Assembly (NCBI GenBank): GCA_902551695.1
Contig: CACDEI010000002.1
Location: forward strand, 1,486-65,485
Length of the DNA: 64,000 nucleotides
Direction of reading: 5' to 3'
From: an uncultured Pseudomonadota bacterium
GTDB taxonomy: Bacteria; Pseudomonadota; Gammaproteobacteria; Ga0077536
The notes beneath the pieces are model-generated. The model ran no database searches. It was not told the origin of the DNA and worked only from the letters and a program-made list of their open reading frames with translations. This document shows, in pieces, positions 22,105-30,657 of the stretch. Numbering within the stretch: the stretch's first letter is position 1; every line of letters begins with the position of its first letter. The position numbers and the translations under genes are program-made.

Positions 22105-23058
22105 ATGGCGGAGTTGAATCAAGACAAGAACACCTTCCGTTCACATAAAAATCCATCTGGAAATTTGGGTTACTGCTGGTCAACTTTCCTTCACCTGTTA
22201 AGGGTAAATTGGGGGTTCTCAATTCTGGGGCCAACTTTTATGATCTACTGTTCTTTACCATTCCTATTGATACTGGCTGCTTTTCTTTATTCTGATCATA
22301 TCAAGGAGCATCAAAGGCCTGAGATAACAGTTTTTCTGGCAGAAAAAGTCAGTCCAGATAAAGCCGCCTTACTGGCCAAAATGGCTGCAGCAGTTTCAGT
22401 TACGTACCAAATTACTATTATAGAGCCAAAGACTGCTGCTAAAAAGGTAGCAAAGACCCTTAATTTATCCGCCGATTTACAGGAGGCGATCAAATTCCCC
22501 AGAACCATCCAAATCATATTTCCCAACGACGCGGATCCTCTTGTTCTGGAGGAATTAGCCCAACTCCTTGCAGCAGACAGCCGAGTAACAGGAGTATATT
22601 CAACTATAGAGACTCACAAGTTACTTCAACGGACCCGATGTCATTGGGTTCTAATCCTTTCGATCGGCCTTTGCTTTACTGGAGTAATTAGTCTCTTGTT
22701 CGGGTACTTTTTGATAACTATCATTGGTCGACCTCACATATCCGAAATGAGTACTATGTTTCTACTCGGGGTTCCAAGCTTAGAAAGTTCACGCCCACTT
22801 CAAATTTTAGGCTTAGTATTCGGAGCTGTTTATTTGTTGGGTTGTCTTGTTGTATATCCAGCCTTAGTGAGAGGGATGACTATATCCGTAGATTGGTTTT
22901 TCTATTTTCATAGGTTAAACGAGCCTAAACTAGATTTACCTAGCATGAAAATTTTAATCTCCCTGGCTTTTATGGTCGTAATGTATTTGGTAGGAGTTTT
23001 ATTTGCTATTAGAAAAATCCATGTTTCTATTATGAAATCAGCATCCGAGAATGAGTAA
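22105..23058 (+). CDS. ftsX: Cell division permease-like protein FtsX
   Basis: 317 aa. The topology is TM1, then an extracytoplasmic domain of about 100 aa, then three C-terminal TM helices. It directly follows ftsE. Confidence 0.85.
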   Translation: MAELNQDKNTFRSHKNPSGNLGYCWSTFLHLLRVNWGFSILGPTFMIYCSLPFLLILAAFLYSDHIKEHQRPEITVFLAEKVSPDKAALLAKMAAAVSVTYQITIIEPKTAAKKVAKTLNLSADLQEAIKFPRTIQIIFPNDADPLVLEELAQLLAADSRVTGVYSTIETHKLLQRTRCHWVLILSIGLCFTGVISLLFGYFLITIIGRPHISEMSTMFLLGVPSLESSRPLQILGLVFGAVYLLGCLVVYPALVRGMTISVDWFFYFHRLNEPKLDLPSMKILISLAFMVVMYLVGVLFAIRKIHVSIMKSASENE

Positions 23059-23077
23059 CTAGCAATTTCGACACACT

Positions 23078-23135
23078 TCTGGCACTCTCTGTCTATGAGT
23101 GCTAGAATTGGCACTCATAGACAGAGAGTGCCAGA
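23078..23135. repeat. Perfect 25-bp inverted repeat (hairpin with 8-nt loop) between ftsX and rpoH; possible ftsYEX terminator or rpoH 5' element
   Basis: The left arm at 23078-23102 is TCTGGCACTCTCTGTCTATGAGTGC. The loop at 23103-23110 is TAGAATTG. The right arm at 23111-23135 is the exact reverse complement. No T-tract follows. It ends 25 nt before the rpoH ATG. Confidence 0.9.
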
Positions 23136-23160
23136 CATAGTTTGATAAGGACTTTTGAAA

Positions 23161-24012
23161 ATGACAAAAGAATTGGCTTTAAATACACCGAGCCTAACCG
23201 GCTCCTTGGAAAGTTACATAAACTTCGCTTTTAGCATACCAATGCTCTCACAAGAAGAAGAATTCATGCTTGCCCGTGACCTCAGAGAAAACGGAAATCT
23301 CGAGTCAGCTAGAAAGCTTGTGCTTGCCCATCTGAAGTTTGTAGTCAAACTGGCCAAGGGTTTCAAGGGATATGGCTTATCAGAAAATGATTTAATCCAG
23401 GAAGGGAACATCGGACTAATGAAGGCTGTAAAAAAATTTGATCCCAATGTAGGGGTGCGCTTAGTAACCTTTGCAGCCCATTGGATAAGAGCGGAAATGC
23501 ACGAATTCATAATTAAAAATTGGAAAATAGTTAAAGTAGCTACAACAAAGGCTCAGAGGAAGCTTTTCTTCAATCTACGGGGGTCAAAAAAGACAACCGA
23601 TTGGATGTCAAAAGACGAAGTTAGTGAGCTAGCTAATAAACTAAACGTAAAAAGATCAGACGTGGAAACCATGGAACAAAGACTGTATTGCACAGACTTG
23701 CATGCGGAGACTGTCGCAAAAGATGAGAGAGCCTCTGAAAAGCTAGCCCTGGAGATAGTTTCTGAAGGGTCAGACCCTTACGAGGATTTAATGCTTGACG
23801 AGCTTAAAAACCATCGAGAGAAAGAACTGAAGCAGGCGATAAGCACCCTAGATGAGAGAACTAAGGATATAATTTTTAGCAGATGGCTAAAGACCCCAAA
23901 AGATACCTTGTCCGAATTAGCCAACAGACACGGCGTTTCCGGAGAAAGAATTAGGCAGTTAGAACAGGGGGCGATGAAGAAAATGCGCTCATCTTTGACA
24001 ACCCTTAAGTGA
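23161..24012 (+). CDS. rpoH: RNA polymerase heat-shock sigma factor RpoH (sigma-32)
   Basis: It contains the RpoH box QRKLFFNLR, the region 2 sequence DLIQEGNIGLMKAVKKFDP and the region 4 sequence GVSGERIRQLEQGAMKKM. ATG at 23161 is preferred over the ORF-track TTG at 23155. Confidence 0.93.
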   Translation: MTKELALNTPSLTGSLESYINFAFSIPMLSQEEEFMLARDLRENGNLESARKLVLAHLKFVVKLAKGFKGYGLSENDLIQEGNIGLMKAVKKFDPNVGVRLVTFAAHWIRAEMHEFIIKNWKIVKVATTKAQRKLFFNLRGSKKTTDWMSKDEVSELANKLNVKRSDVETMEQRLYCTDLHAETVAKDERASEKLALEIVSEGSDPYEDLMLDELKNHREKELKQAISTLDERTKDIIFSRWLKTPKDTLSELANRHGVSGERIRQLEQGAMKKMRSSLTTLK

Positions 24013-24026
24013 ACACGCAGGAACGT

Positions 24027-24947
24027 CTAACTTAAAAAGATCATGAGCTTCTCCTTCACCTGATAATGGTCTATAAAAAGTAGTAAAAAAAGCAATCCCA
24101 AATAGACTATAGAGAATTTAAAAGTTTTATAGGCTAATAAATCCGAATGATTAAATTGCATGCGCACAACGTAGGTTAGAAAAATTGCATTTAACAGAAT
24201 AATTCCGACTAAATATACTTCCCCTGCCATATACGCGGCGTACGGTATGAGAGTCGTGACTACAAGTATCATAGTGTAGATTAAAATTTGTCTTCTGGTA
24301 TAAGTTAGCCCGTGAGTAACTGGCAACATTGGTATCGCTGCCTTAGCGTAATCCTCTCTTCGATAAATCGCCAATGCCCAAAAGTGCGGCGGTGTCCATG
24401 CGAAAATTATCAAAAATAAAAGCAAAGCGTCCGGTTCAACCGTTCCCGTCACAGAAGCCCAACCTAGGACAGGTGGAGCGGCGCCCGCAGCACCACCGAT
24501 GACGATGTTTTGGGGTGTAGCATACTTCAGATACATAGTGTAGATGACTGCGTAGCCTATTAACGAAAAGAATGTTAAAGCAGCAGTCAATAAATTAACG
24601 AAAAACCCCAAAAGTCCCATACCTAAAAGCCCAACCGCTAAAGCGAACATCAGAGCGTTAGCTCTAGTAATACCGCCCTGAGGCAAAGGTCTATGTTGCG
24701 TACGAGACATTAGAGCATCGATTCTGTACTCAGCCACGTGATTGATAGCAGCTGCAGAAGCAGCTGAAAGTGTGATACCTAGTGTTGACGGAACTAAAAC
24801 TGACAAGGGCACAAAAGTCGGACTGGCCAAAAACATGCCAATTACCGCCGTGAAAACAATCAAGCCAACAACACGGGGCTTGCAAAGTTCTAGATACTCC
24901 TGCCAACTAGGTTTTCTCAGAGCCAGGTCAATTTGGTTAGCTTTCAT
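24027..24947 (-). CDS. cyoE: Protoheme IX farnesyltransferase (heme O synthase)
   Basis: 306 aa UbiA-family polytopic protein in the cox biogenesis cluster, overlapping ctaA by 11 nt. Confidence 0.9.
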   Translation of the reverse strand: MKANQIDLALRKPSWQEYLELCKPRVVGLIVFTAVIGMFLASPTFVPLSVLVPSTLGITLSAASAAAINHVAEYRIDALMSRTQHRPLPQGGITRANALMFALAVGLLGMGLLGFFVNLLTAALTFFSLIGYAVIYTMYLKYATPQNIVIGGAAGAAPPVLGWASVTGTVEPDALLLFLIIFAWTPPHFWALAIYRREDYAKAAIPMLPVTHGLTYTRRQILIYTMILVVTTLIPYAAYMAGEVYLVGIILLNAIFLTYVVRMQFNHSDLLAYKTFKFSIVYLGLLFLLLFIDHYQVKEKLMIFLS

Positions 24948-25908
24948 TTCGTGGTCGCTTCAAAACAATTAAGTATAAATGAGTTAACATAGCTAAAGCG
25001 AGCACCGCTGCTCCTCCATTATGAGCCACAGCCACTCCTAGAGGAAGCCCATAAAGGACATTGGAAATGCCCAGGCCAACCTGTACTGAAATCGCAACAA
25101 AAACAAATGACGATGAAATCTTTAACCGACGATCTCCAAAAAGTACAGATGAAACAAGGAAAGTAGCCGCCAAAATCACTGTTACTAAAGCCCACAATCG
25201 ATGAACATAATGGATCGTGGTTCTAATAGCAGAATCCAAAACACCATATTCATAGTTTATTCCCAGACCTCTCCAGAGGGTAAACGCCTCACGGAAATGA
25301 ATTGGGGGCATAAGCGATCCGTGACAAGTAGGGAAATCAGTACACGCCAGCGCAGCATAATTCGTGCTGGTCCAACCGCCCAAAAAAATTTGAACTACCA
25401 AGGCTGAGAAGGCGAGCCATCCCACTTTTTTTAACAACCCAGATTTTTTTATAACTGACCCTTTCAGGTCTAAATCCCTAAGTAGAGACCACCATAAGAC
25501 GCATAAGATAGTGAGACCCCCCATTAGGTGCAAACTAACCACTAGCGGCTTAAGAAGCAAGGTCACTGTGAACATACCTAGTATTGATTGGAAGACTACC
25601 AACGGGACCAAGGCAAGCTCCAAAGAGCGAAATCCATTGCATGACCTTAGTGAGTAGAGGGCCAGACCAAATATTCCAATCCCCAAAAATCCGGCTAAAT
25701 ACCGGTGGATCATCTCTCTCCAAGCTTTTCCTGCATCGTATTCATCTGAATCTTCATAGCCTGAAATTCCGCTAGGGACCAACTGGCCGTAACATCCAGG
25801 CCAGTCTGGGCACCCGAGACCAGCATCGGTCAGGCGCACATAAGCGCCAAATACGATGACGATAAGTGTAAGTATTATTAAAGAAATTTTTATCCTGGCT
25901 TGCGTCAT
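24937..25908 (-). CDS. ctaA: Heme A synthase (COX15/CtaA)
   Basis: 323 aa, 8-TM-like, with conserved His residues and an N-terminal CPDWPGC motif. Confidence 0.88.
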   Translation of the reverse strand: MTQARIKISLIILTLIVIVFGAYVRLTDAGLGCPDWPGCYGQLVPSGISGYEDSDEYDAGKAWREMIHRYLAGFLGIGIFGLALYSLRSCNGFRSLELALVPLVVFQSILGMFTVTLLLKPLVVSLHLMGGLTILCVLWWSLLRDLDLKGSVIKKSGLLKKVGWLAFSALVVQIFLGGWTSTNYAALACTDFPTCHGSLMPPIHFREAFTLWRGLGINYEYGVLDSAIRTTIHYVHRLWALVTVILAATFLVSSVLFGDRRLKISSSFVFVAISVQVGLGISNVLYGLPLGVAVAHNGGAAVLALAMLTHLYLIVLKRPRNES

Positions 25909-26495
25909 CTAATTCGAGACCCTCGCAATAACCTGGAGAGGTCATGTTTCAAACCTGCATCCTCAAAATCAACGTAAAGCATCATAACTTGTGACCTCCA
26001 ATCCAATAATATGAGGCCTTCTTCGATATATGAAGTGACTTTGGTCTTCAAACGATCTCGCAATATTTGCTGTAAATCGTTTGAAAATTCGGGATCGACC
26101 AAATTATTGCCTTTACCAAGTGTAGGACCCGCCCCCAAAATGCTCCAAACATGTAATCTTGGCCCGTCCCGTCCTAACAGAGATCTAACAACCTCTAACT
26201 TATTTAACGTGTCATTGCAGGTCTCATCACATCCTCGCTCATTGAAATAAACTACTGCCCATTCACCTGGCCGTAAGGAAATAGAACGAAGTGTTGATAA
26301 AGAATTGTTCTCTGTGAAATTTATTGGGGGCTCGATGAGAAGGCCGTGATTGTTGCGTAGCATTTCTTTCGAATATTCAGAGCCTAGGAACCACCTAGCA
26401 CCAATAATTGGTCCTACGAATATTGCGATAAGGCAAACCAGAGAAAATATTCTCCGAGACATTGAGTTATCGCTTCGTTGGTTAACCACGCCCAC
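25905..26495 (-). CDS. Membrane-anchored thioredoxin-fold / SCO1-SenC-like protein of the cox cluster (hypothetical)
   Basis: 196 aa with an N-terminal TM helix, then WAVVYFNERGCDETCNDTL. This has the SCO-like pattern: a beta-strand followed by CxxxC. It sits between SURF1 and ctaA, where Pseudomonas has an uncharacterised ORF. An alternative start is ATG 26462. Confidence 0.4.
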   Translation of the reverse strand: MGVVNQRSDNSMSRRIFSLVCLIAIFVGPIIGARWFLGSEYSKEMLRNNHGLLIEPPINFTENNSLSTLRSISLRPGEWAVVYFNERGCDETCNDTLNKLEVVRSLLGRDGPRLHVWSILGAGPTLGKGNNLVDPEFSNDLQQILRDRLKTKVTSYIEEGLILLDWRSQVMMLYVDFEDAGLKHDLSRLLRGSRIR

Positions 26496-27192
26496 GCCTC
26501 ACCAAGTTGTAACATCCGATGCAAGCTAGGACAAAGGCCATACTGAACCACTGTAAGGCATATGCATAATGCTTGTGAGGTTGATATAGGCCTGGATCAG
26601 GCGCATTGCGGATTAATCCAGGCAACGGGTTTTCTGTATAAAACATCAAGGGATACATATCTACATCTAATTTAGAACCTATATCTTGCACGTCTATCCT
26701 TTGAATGCGAAACCTGTTTTTTTCCATCTCTTCGTACCGCAAAACCGAAGGCATAATATCTAGGCCAGAAAAGGGCGGTGGTGTAAAGATCCCCACTATC
26801 TTCACTTTCTCGTCAATGGTTGGAATTTGAGGCAGCGTATCACGATTGACTCCTTGAGCAATCCAACCTAGGCAGACCAACACTACTGGGCCTTCAAAGA
26901 TTTTAAAGGGGGAGAGAACGTCGTAACCCGCGGAGGAATTCTTCAGGCGGTTATCTAGTAAGTAAACCTTATTCAAGAACCTTCCAGATAGTTGGTAATT
27001 TTTCCAGATGGTGGACTCAGTGGGCCCTAGACGTCCCTGCTCGAGTAACCGTGTCGGAACCGATTTTTTTCGTTGATCGTATAAACTCGTGATTTCTTCC
27101 TTTTCATTCCCCCTCTTAAGCTGCCACAAACCTAAATTGACCAAGAGGGCGCAACCCAGAAGTAAACATATTATTAATACTAAAGCACGCAT
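26482..27192 (-). CDS. SURF1 family cytochrome oxidase assembly protein
   Basis: 236 aa with N- and C-terminal TM helices, the N-terminal GLWQLKRG motif and the C-terminal YAYALQWFSMA motif. Confidence 0.88.
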   Translation of the reverse strand: MRALVLIICLLLGCALLVNLGLWQLKRGNEKEEITSLYDQRKKSVPTRLLEQGRLGPTESTIWKNYQLSGRFLNKVYLLDNRLKNSSAGYDVLSPFKIFEGPVVLVCLGWIAQGVNRDTLPQIPTIDEKVKIVGIFTPPPFSGLDIMPSVLRYEEMEKNRFRIQRIDVQDIGSKLDVDMYPLMFYTENPLPGLIRNAPDPGLYQPHKHYAYALQWFSMAFVLACIGCYNLVRRGRG

Positions 27193-27256
27193 AATAGTAG
27201 TTGTGTAATAAAGACCACCGGTTCATAATCGCGGAAAGTTTTTCAGAGAAATTATT

Positions 27257-27460
27257 GTGTCCCTAGCGAAAGTTTTAATAACAAGTCTTTTTTTATTGAT
27301 TCTGCTCAGTTTAGCATTGGGCTTTCTAGGCCTCTTAAAACGGAATTCTGCCAGAAAAGACTCTACTGTAAGGGCCCTAACACTAAGAGTCATATTATCT
27401 TTTACGCTCATAGTAACAATCGGGATTCTATATAAGCTGGGGCTAATTTCTCCCAATTAA
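27257..27460 (+). CDS. Twin-transmembrane-helix small protein (DUF2909/HIG1-like)
   Basis: 67 aa with two TM helices separated by KRNSARKDSTVRALTLRV (the family-typical R..ALT.R pattern). It lies on the strand opposite the cox genes, between ctaE and SURF1, as I recall for Pseudomonas. It is preferred over the overlapping minus-strand 77-aa ORF. The start is GTG. Confidence 0.6.
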   Translation: MSLAKVLITSLFLLILLSLALGFLGLLKRNSARKDSTVRALTLRVILSFTLIVTIGILYKLGLISPN

Positions 27461-27502
27461 CCCGAATTTATCTTGAGCGGGACGCCCCTCTGTCTATCTT
27501 TC

Positions 27503-28375
27503 CTAAAGCCAATAAACGAAGATGAACAGGCCTATCCATACCACGTCAACAAAGTGCCAGTACCAAGCTACAGCCTCGAAAGCAAAGTGGTTTTTTGGAG
27601 TAAAATGACCTTTTATCGATCTCGCTAAGATGACCGCCAACATAATGGTTCCCATAGTTACATGGAAGCCATGGAACCCGGTTAGTAAGAAAAAGGTGGC
27701 TCCGTAAATTCCAGAATTTAAAGTTAGTCCTAAGTCATTATATGCATGTGCATATTCGTCAGCCTGTAGGCCAACAAAAATCACCCCCAATGCTACGGTT
27801 AAAGCGAGCCCTGATATCAATTGAAGTCGATTTCCCTTGATTAGCCCCCAATGAGCCCAGGTTACAGTTCCTCCACTAGTCAACAGGATAGCGGTATTCC
27901 AAAAGGGTATCCCCCAAGCTCCAATAGTTTCTTTGAAACTATCAAAAGCGTAGGTAGAAGGAGGCTCGAATAGAGGCCAGGCAGTCGTGAATTCTGGCCA
28001 TAGAAATTCGTTAGTAGCTGCGCCGGAACCTTCTCCCCCCAACCAAGGAACAGAATACATTCTCGCATAATAAAGAGCCCCGAAAAAAGCGGCAAAAAAC
28101 ATTACCTCTGAGAAAATAAACCAACTCATTCCCATTCGGAAGCTTACATCGACCTGATCGCTGTATACGCCATTCTCGCTTTCTCTAATAACCTCGCCGA
28201 ACCAGCCAAAGAATACTACTCCCAACATGACGAAACCCAACACTAAAATAGGCGCTCCTCCTGACCCCACATTGAAGGTGAGCGCCGCCCCCAAAAAGAT
28301 AATAAATAATGCTATAGTAGCGATAATAGGCCAATAGGAAGGCTCTGGGACATAATAATCTGTGGACTCGGACAT
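27503..28375 (-). CDS. ctaE: Cytochrome c oxidase subunit III
   Basis: 290 aa, 7-TM, with the typical C-terminal region HGFHVTMGTIML...AWYWHFVDVVW. Confidence 0.93.
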   Translation of the reverse strand: MSESTDYYVPEPSYWPIIATIALFIIFLGAALTFNVGSGGAPILVLGFVMLGVVFFGWFGEVIRESENGVYSDQVDVSFRMGMSWFIFSEVMFFAAFFGALYYARMYSVPWLGGEGSGAATNEFLWPEFTTAWPLFEPPSTYAFDSFKETIGAWGIPFWNTAILLTSGGTVTWAHWGLIKGNRLQLISGLALTVALGVIFVGLQADEYAHAYNDLGLTLNSGIYGATFFLLTGFHGFHVTMGTIMLAVILARSIKGHFTPKNHFAFEAVAWYWHFVDVVWIGLFIFVYWL

Positions 28376-28406
28376 GATTCCTCCTTAGATCTTTGAGATT
28401 ATTTTA

Positions 28407-28928
28407 TCACGACTTTAAAGCAGGAAAAAATGTATATGAAAGCGTGAGCAAATCTACATGCTTGGGAATTCTTCCATCTACTATGAAAGCCACAGGCATT
28501 ATTTTTTTCTCTCCTGCTTCTAGTCGCTGTCGGACGAAACAGAAACAATCGGTTTTGTTGAGATATTTTGACGCGACAGACGGAGAAACGCTGGGTACGG
28601 CGCTACCAATAATGGGAGTGCCCGCAAGATTAGTAGCTTCAAAATTAACTGAAGTAACCACCCCTGGAACCACCTCGATATCCCTCACAACAGGTCGAAA
28701 GGTCCAAGGAAGACCAGCAGACACGCTAGTTACAAATTGTACTTTCACTCGTCGGGTCTTATCTGCTTGTACAGACTGGGTATATTCAGCCTGAACTACC
28801 CCTGTTTTTCCGTTTAGTCCCGTAACCTCACATAAGATGTCATATATTGGCACCAACAGATATCCAAATCCAAACATAAATAACGCCATTAAAAGCAACC
28901 TAGAAGCGGTTTTTAAGTTGGTATTCAC
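28407..28928 (-). CDS. ctaG: Cytochrome c oxidase assembly protein CtaG/Cox11
   Basis: 173 aa with an N-terminal TM helix and the copper-binding CFCF motif (KTDCFCFVRQ). The start is GTG. Confidence 0.9.
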   Translation of the reverse strand: MNTNLKTASRLLLMALFMFGFGYLLVPIYDILCEVTGLNGKTGVVQAEYTQSVQADKTRRVKVQFVTSVSAGLPWTFRPVVRDIEVVPGVVTSVNFEATNLAGTPIIGSAVPSVSPSVASKYLNKTDCFCFVRQRLEAGEKKIMPVAFIVDGRIPKHVDLLTLSYTFFPALKS

Positions 28929-28933
28929 TTAAT

Positions 28934-29038
28934 TCAGATCCTTGTAAAAACCGTGACAGCATAAATCACCATCACCAAAGCTAGCAGCCCTATGACTGTA
29001 AGCCTTACTCCTCTTTTATTCTTCTCTTCCCCTGTCAC
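28934..29038 (-). CDS. Putative small single-TM protein between ctaD and ctaG (possible cytochrome oxidase small assembly protein)
   Basis: Hand-translated 34-aa ORF from a GTG start: VTGEEKNKRGVRLTVIGLLALVMVIYAVTVFTRI. It has a charged N-terminus and one TM helix. AAGG lies about 10 nt upstream. It fills the ctaD-ctaG gap exactly. It is too short for the ORF track. Confidence 0.45.
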   Translation of the reverse strand: MTGEEKNKRGVRLTVIGLLALVMVIYAVTVFTRI

Positions 29039-29052
29039 TGAAAGCTTACCTT

Positions 29053-30648
29053 TTAACGAACTCCCCCATCTATTGTAGACGGGTCAGGAGGGGTATTGAA
29101 ACTGTGATAGGGTGGGGGAGATGCCAATGTCCATTCTAGGCCTTGGGCACCCTCCCAAACTCTATCGGTGGCTTTTTGTCCGCCCCTGACACATTTAACA
29201 ATAATGTACACAAAGAGCAGTTGGGATAAACCGTACACAAACCCTCCGACGCTTGAAATCACGTTAAATTCGGCGAACTGCACCGAGTAATCTGGTATTC
29301 GCCTTGGCATTCCAGCTAACCCGAGGAAATGCTGTGGGAAAAATAGTACGTTGACTGATATGGTAGAAAGCCAAAAATGCCATTTGCCCAGAGCTTCATC
29401 GTACATGTAGCCCGTCCATTTTGGTAGCCAGAAATATGTGGCCGCCATTAGCGAGTAAACGGCACCGGTGACTAACACATAATGAAAATGAGCAACCACG
29501 AAGTAGGTATCATGATACTGAAAATCCACCGGAGTCACCCCCAGCATCAACCCCGAAAAGCCTCCTATTGTAAATAAAATAACGAATCCAATCGCGAAAA
29601 GCATCGGAGTCTCAAAGGTCATCGCACTTTTCCACATAGTAGCCACCCAATTGAATACTTTAACTCCTGTAGGAACGGCTATCAAGACCGTGGTGTACAT
29701 GAAAAAGAGCTCACCGGCCAATGGCATTCCTACGGTGAACATGTGGTGGGCCCAAACTATAAAAGACAAAAATGCTATTGCAGCAACTGCATAGACCATA
29801 GAATTGTAACCAAACAAAGGTTTCCTGCAAAAAGTGGGAATTATTGCTGAGACCACTCCGAAGGCCGGAAGTATCAATATATATACTTCTGGATGACCAA
29901 AAAACCAGAATATATGCTGAAACATTACAGGATCTCCACCTCCGGCAGCACTGAAAAAAGAGGTGCCAAAGAACTTATCGGTCAACAACATGGTCACCGC
30001 ACCCGCCAAAACAGGGAGGGAAGCCACAAGCAAAAAGCCAGTAATGATCCAAGTCCAAACAAAAAGCGGCAATTTCAAAAGCGTCATTCCGGGCGCGCGC
30101 ATGTTAAAGACGGTAGCGAGCACATTTATCGCCCCGCCGATTGAGGAGGCTCCGAGAAAGTGAACCGCAAAAATAAGGAATGGGAATGCCGCCCCAGTTT
30201 GCAGAACAAGCGGCGGATACATAGTCCACCCCCCTGCCGGCGCACCACCAGGCAGAAACAAGGTTATAAGCAGAAGGGAAAAGGCAAAAGGCAAGATCCA
30301 AAAGCTCCAATTGTTTAGGCGAGGAAGAGCCATGTCCGGCGCTCCAATCATCATCGGAACGAGCCAGTTAGCAAATCCTGTCCAGGCCGGCATGACTACA
30401 CCAAAGATCATAATTAAGGCATGCATGGTAACCATAGAATTGTAAAATTGGGGATCAACGAACTGCAGCCCGGGCTGGAAAAGCTCTAGCCGGATGATCA
30501 TCGCCATCGCTCCCCCAATAAAAAACATAATAAGAGAGAACACTAGATACATTGTGCCAATGTCTTTGTGGTTCGTAGTTGTGAGCCAGCGCTTAATGCC
30601 CGTGGGGTGGTGGCTGTGTTCGTCGTGATTAGCTGTCAATTCACTCAT
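29053..30648 (-). CDS. ctaD: Cytochrome c oxidase subunit I (aa3 type)
   Basis: 531 aa with a typical heme-copper oxidase subunit I sequence (WFFGHPEVYILILP, HHMF, VAHFHYV). Confidence 0.96.
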   Translation of the reverse strand: MSELTANHDEHSHHPTGIKRWLTTTNHKDIGTMYLVFSLIMFFIGGAMAMIIRLELFQPGLQFVDPQFYNSMVTMHALIMIFGVVMPAWTGFANWLVPMMIGAPDMALPRLNNWSFWILPFAFSLLLITLFLPGGAPAGGWTMYPPLVLQTGAAFPFLIFAVHFLGASSIGGAINVLATVFNMRAPGMTLLKLPLFVWTWIITGFLLVASLPVLAGAVTMLLTDKFFGTSFFSAAGGGDPVMFQHIFWFFGHPEVYILILPAFGVVSAIIPTFCRKPLFGYNSMVYAVAAIAFLSFIVWAHHMFTVGMPLAGELFFMYTTVLIAVPTGVKVFNWVATMWKSAMTFETPMLFAIGFVILFTIGGFSGLMLGVTPVDFQYHDTYFVVAHFHYVLVTGAVYSLMAATYFWLPKWTGYMYDEALGKWHFWLSTISVNVLFFPQHFLGLAGMPRRIPDYSVQFAEFNVISSVGGFVYGLSQLLFVYIIVKCVRGGQKATDRVWEGAQGLEWTLASPPPYHSFNTPPDPSTIDGGVR

Positions 30649-30657
30649 AATTTTTCC

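Noticed and set aside
23078-23135. Sigma-54 promoter. The hairpin arms contain TGGCAC (23080-23085 and 23109-23114), resembling the -24 element.
   Set aside because: Neither copy has a TTGC(A/T) -12 element at the required spacing (the downstream sequences are GTCTA and GACAG). The TGGCAC motifs are better explained as part of the palindrome.
27223-27456. 77-aa minus-strand ORF, co-oriented with the cox genes, between ctaE and SURF1.
   Set aside because: The overlapping plus-strand 67-aa ORF encodes a clean two-TM hairpin with the DUF2909/HIG1-like R..ALT.R linker. The minus-strand product has no membrane or family features.
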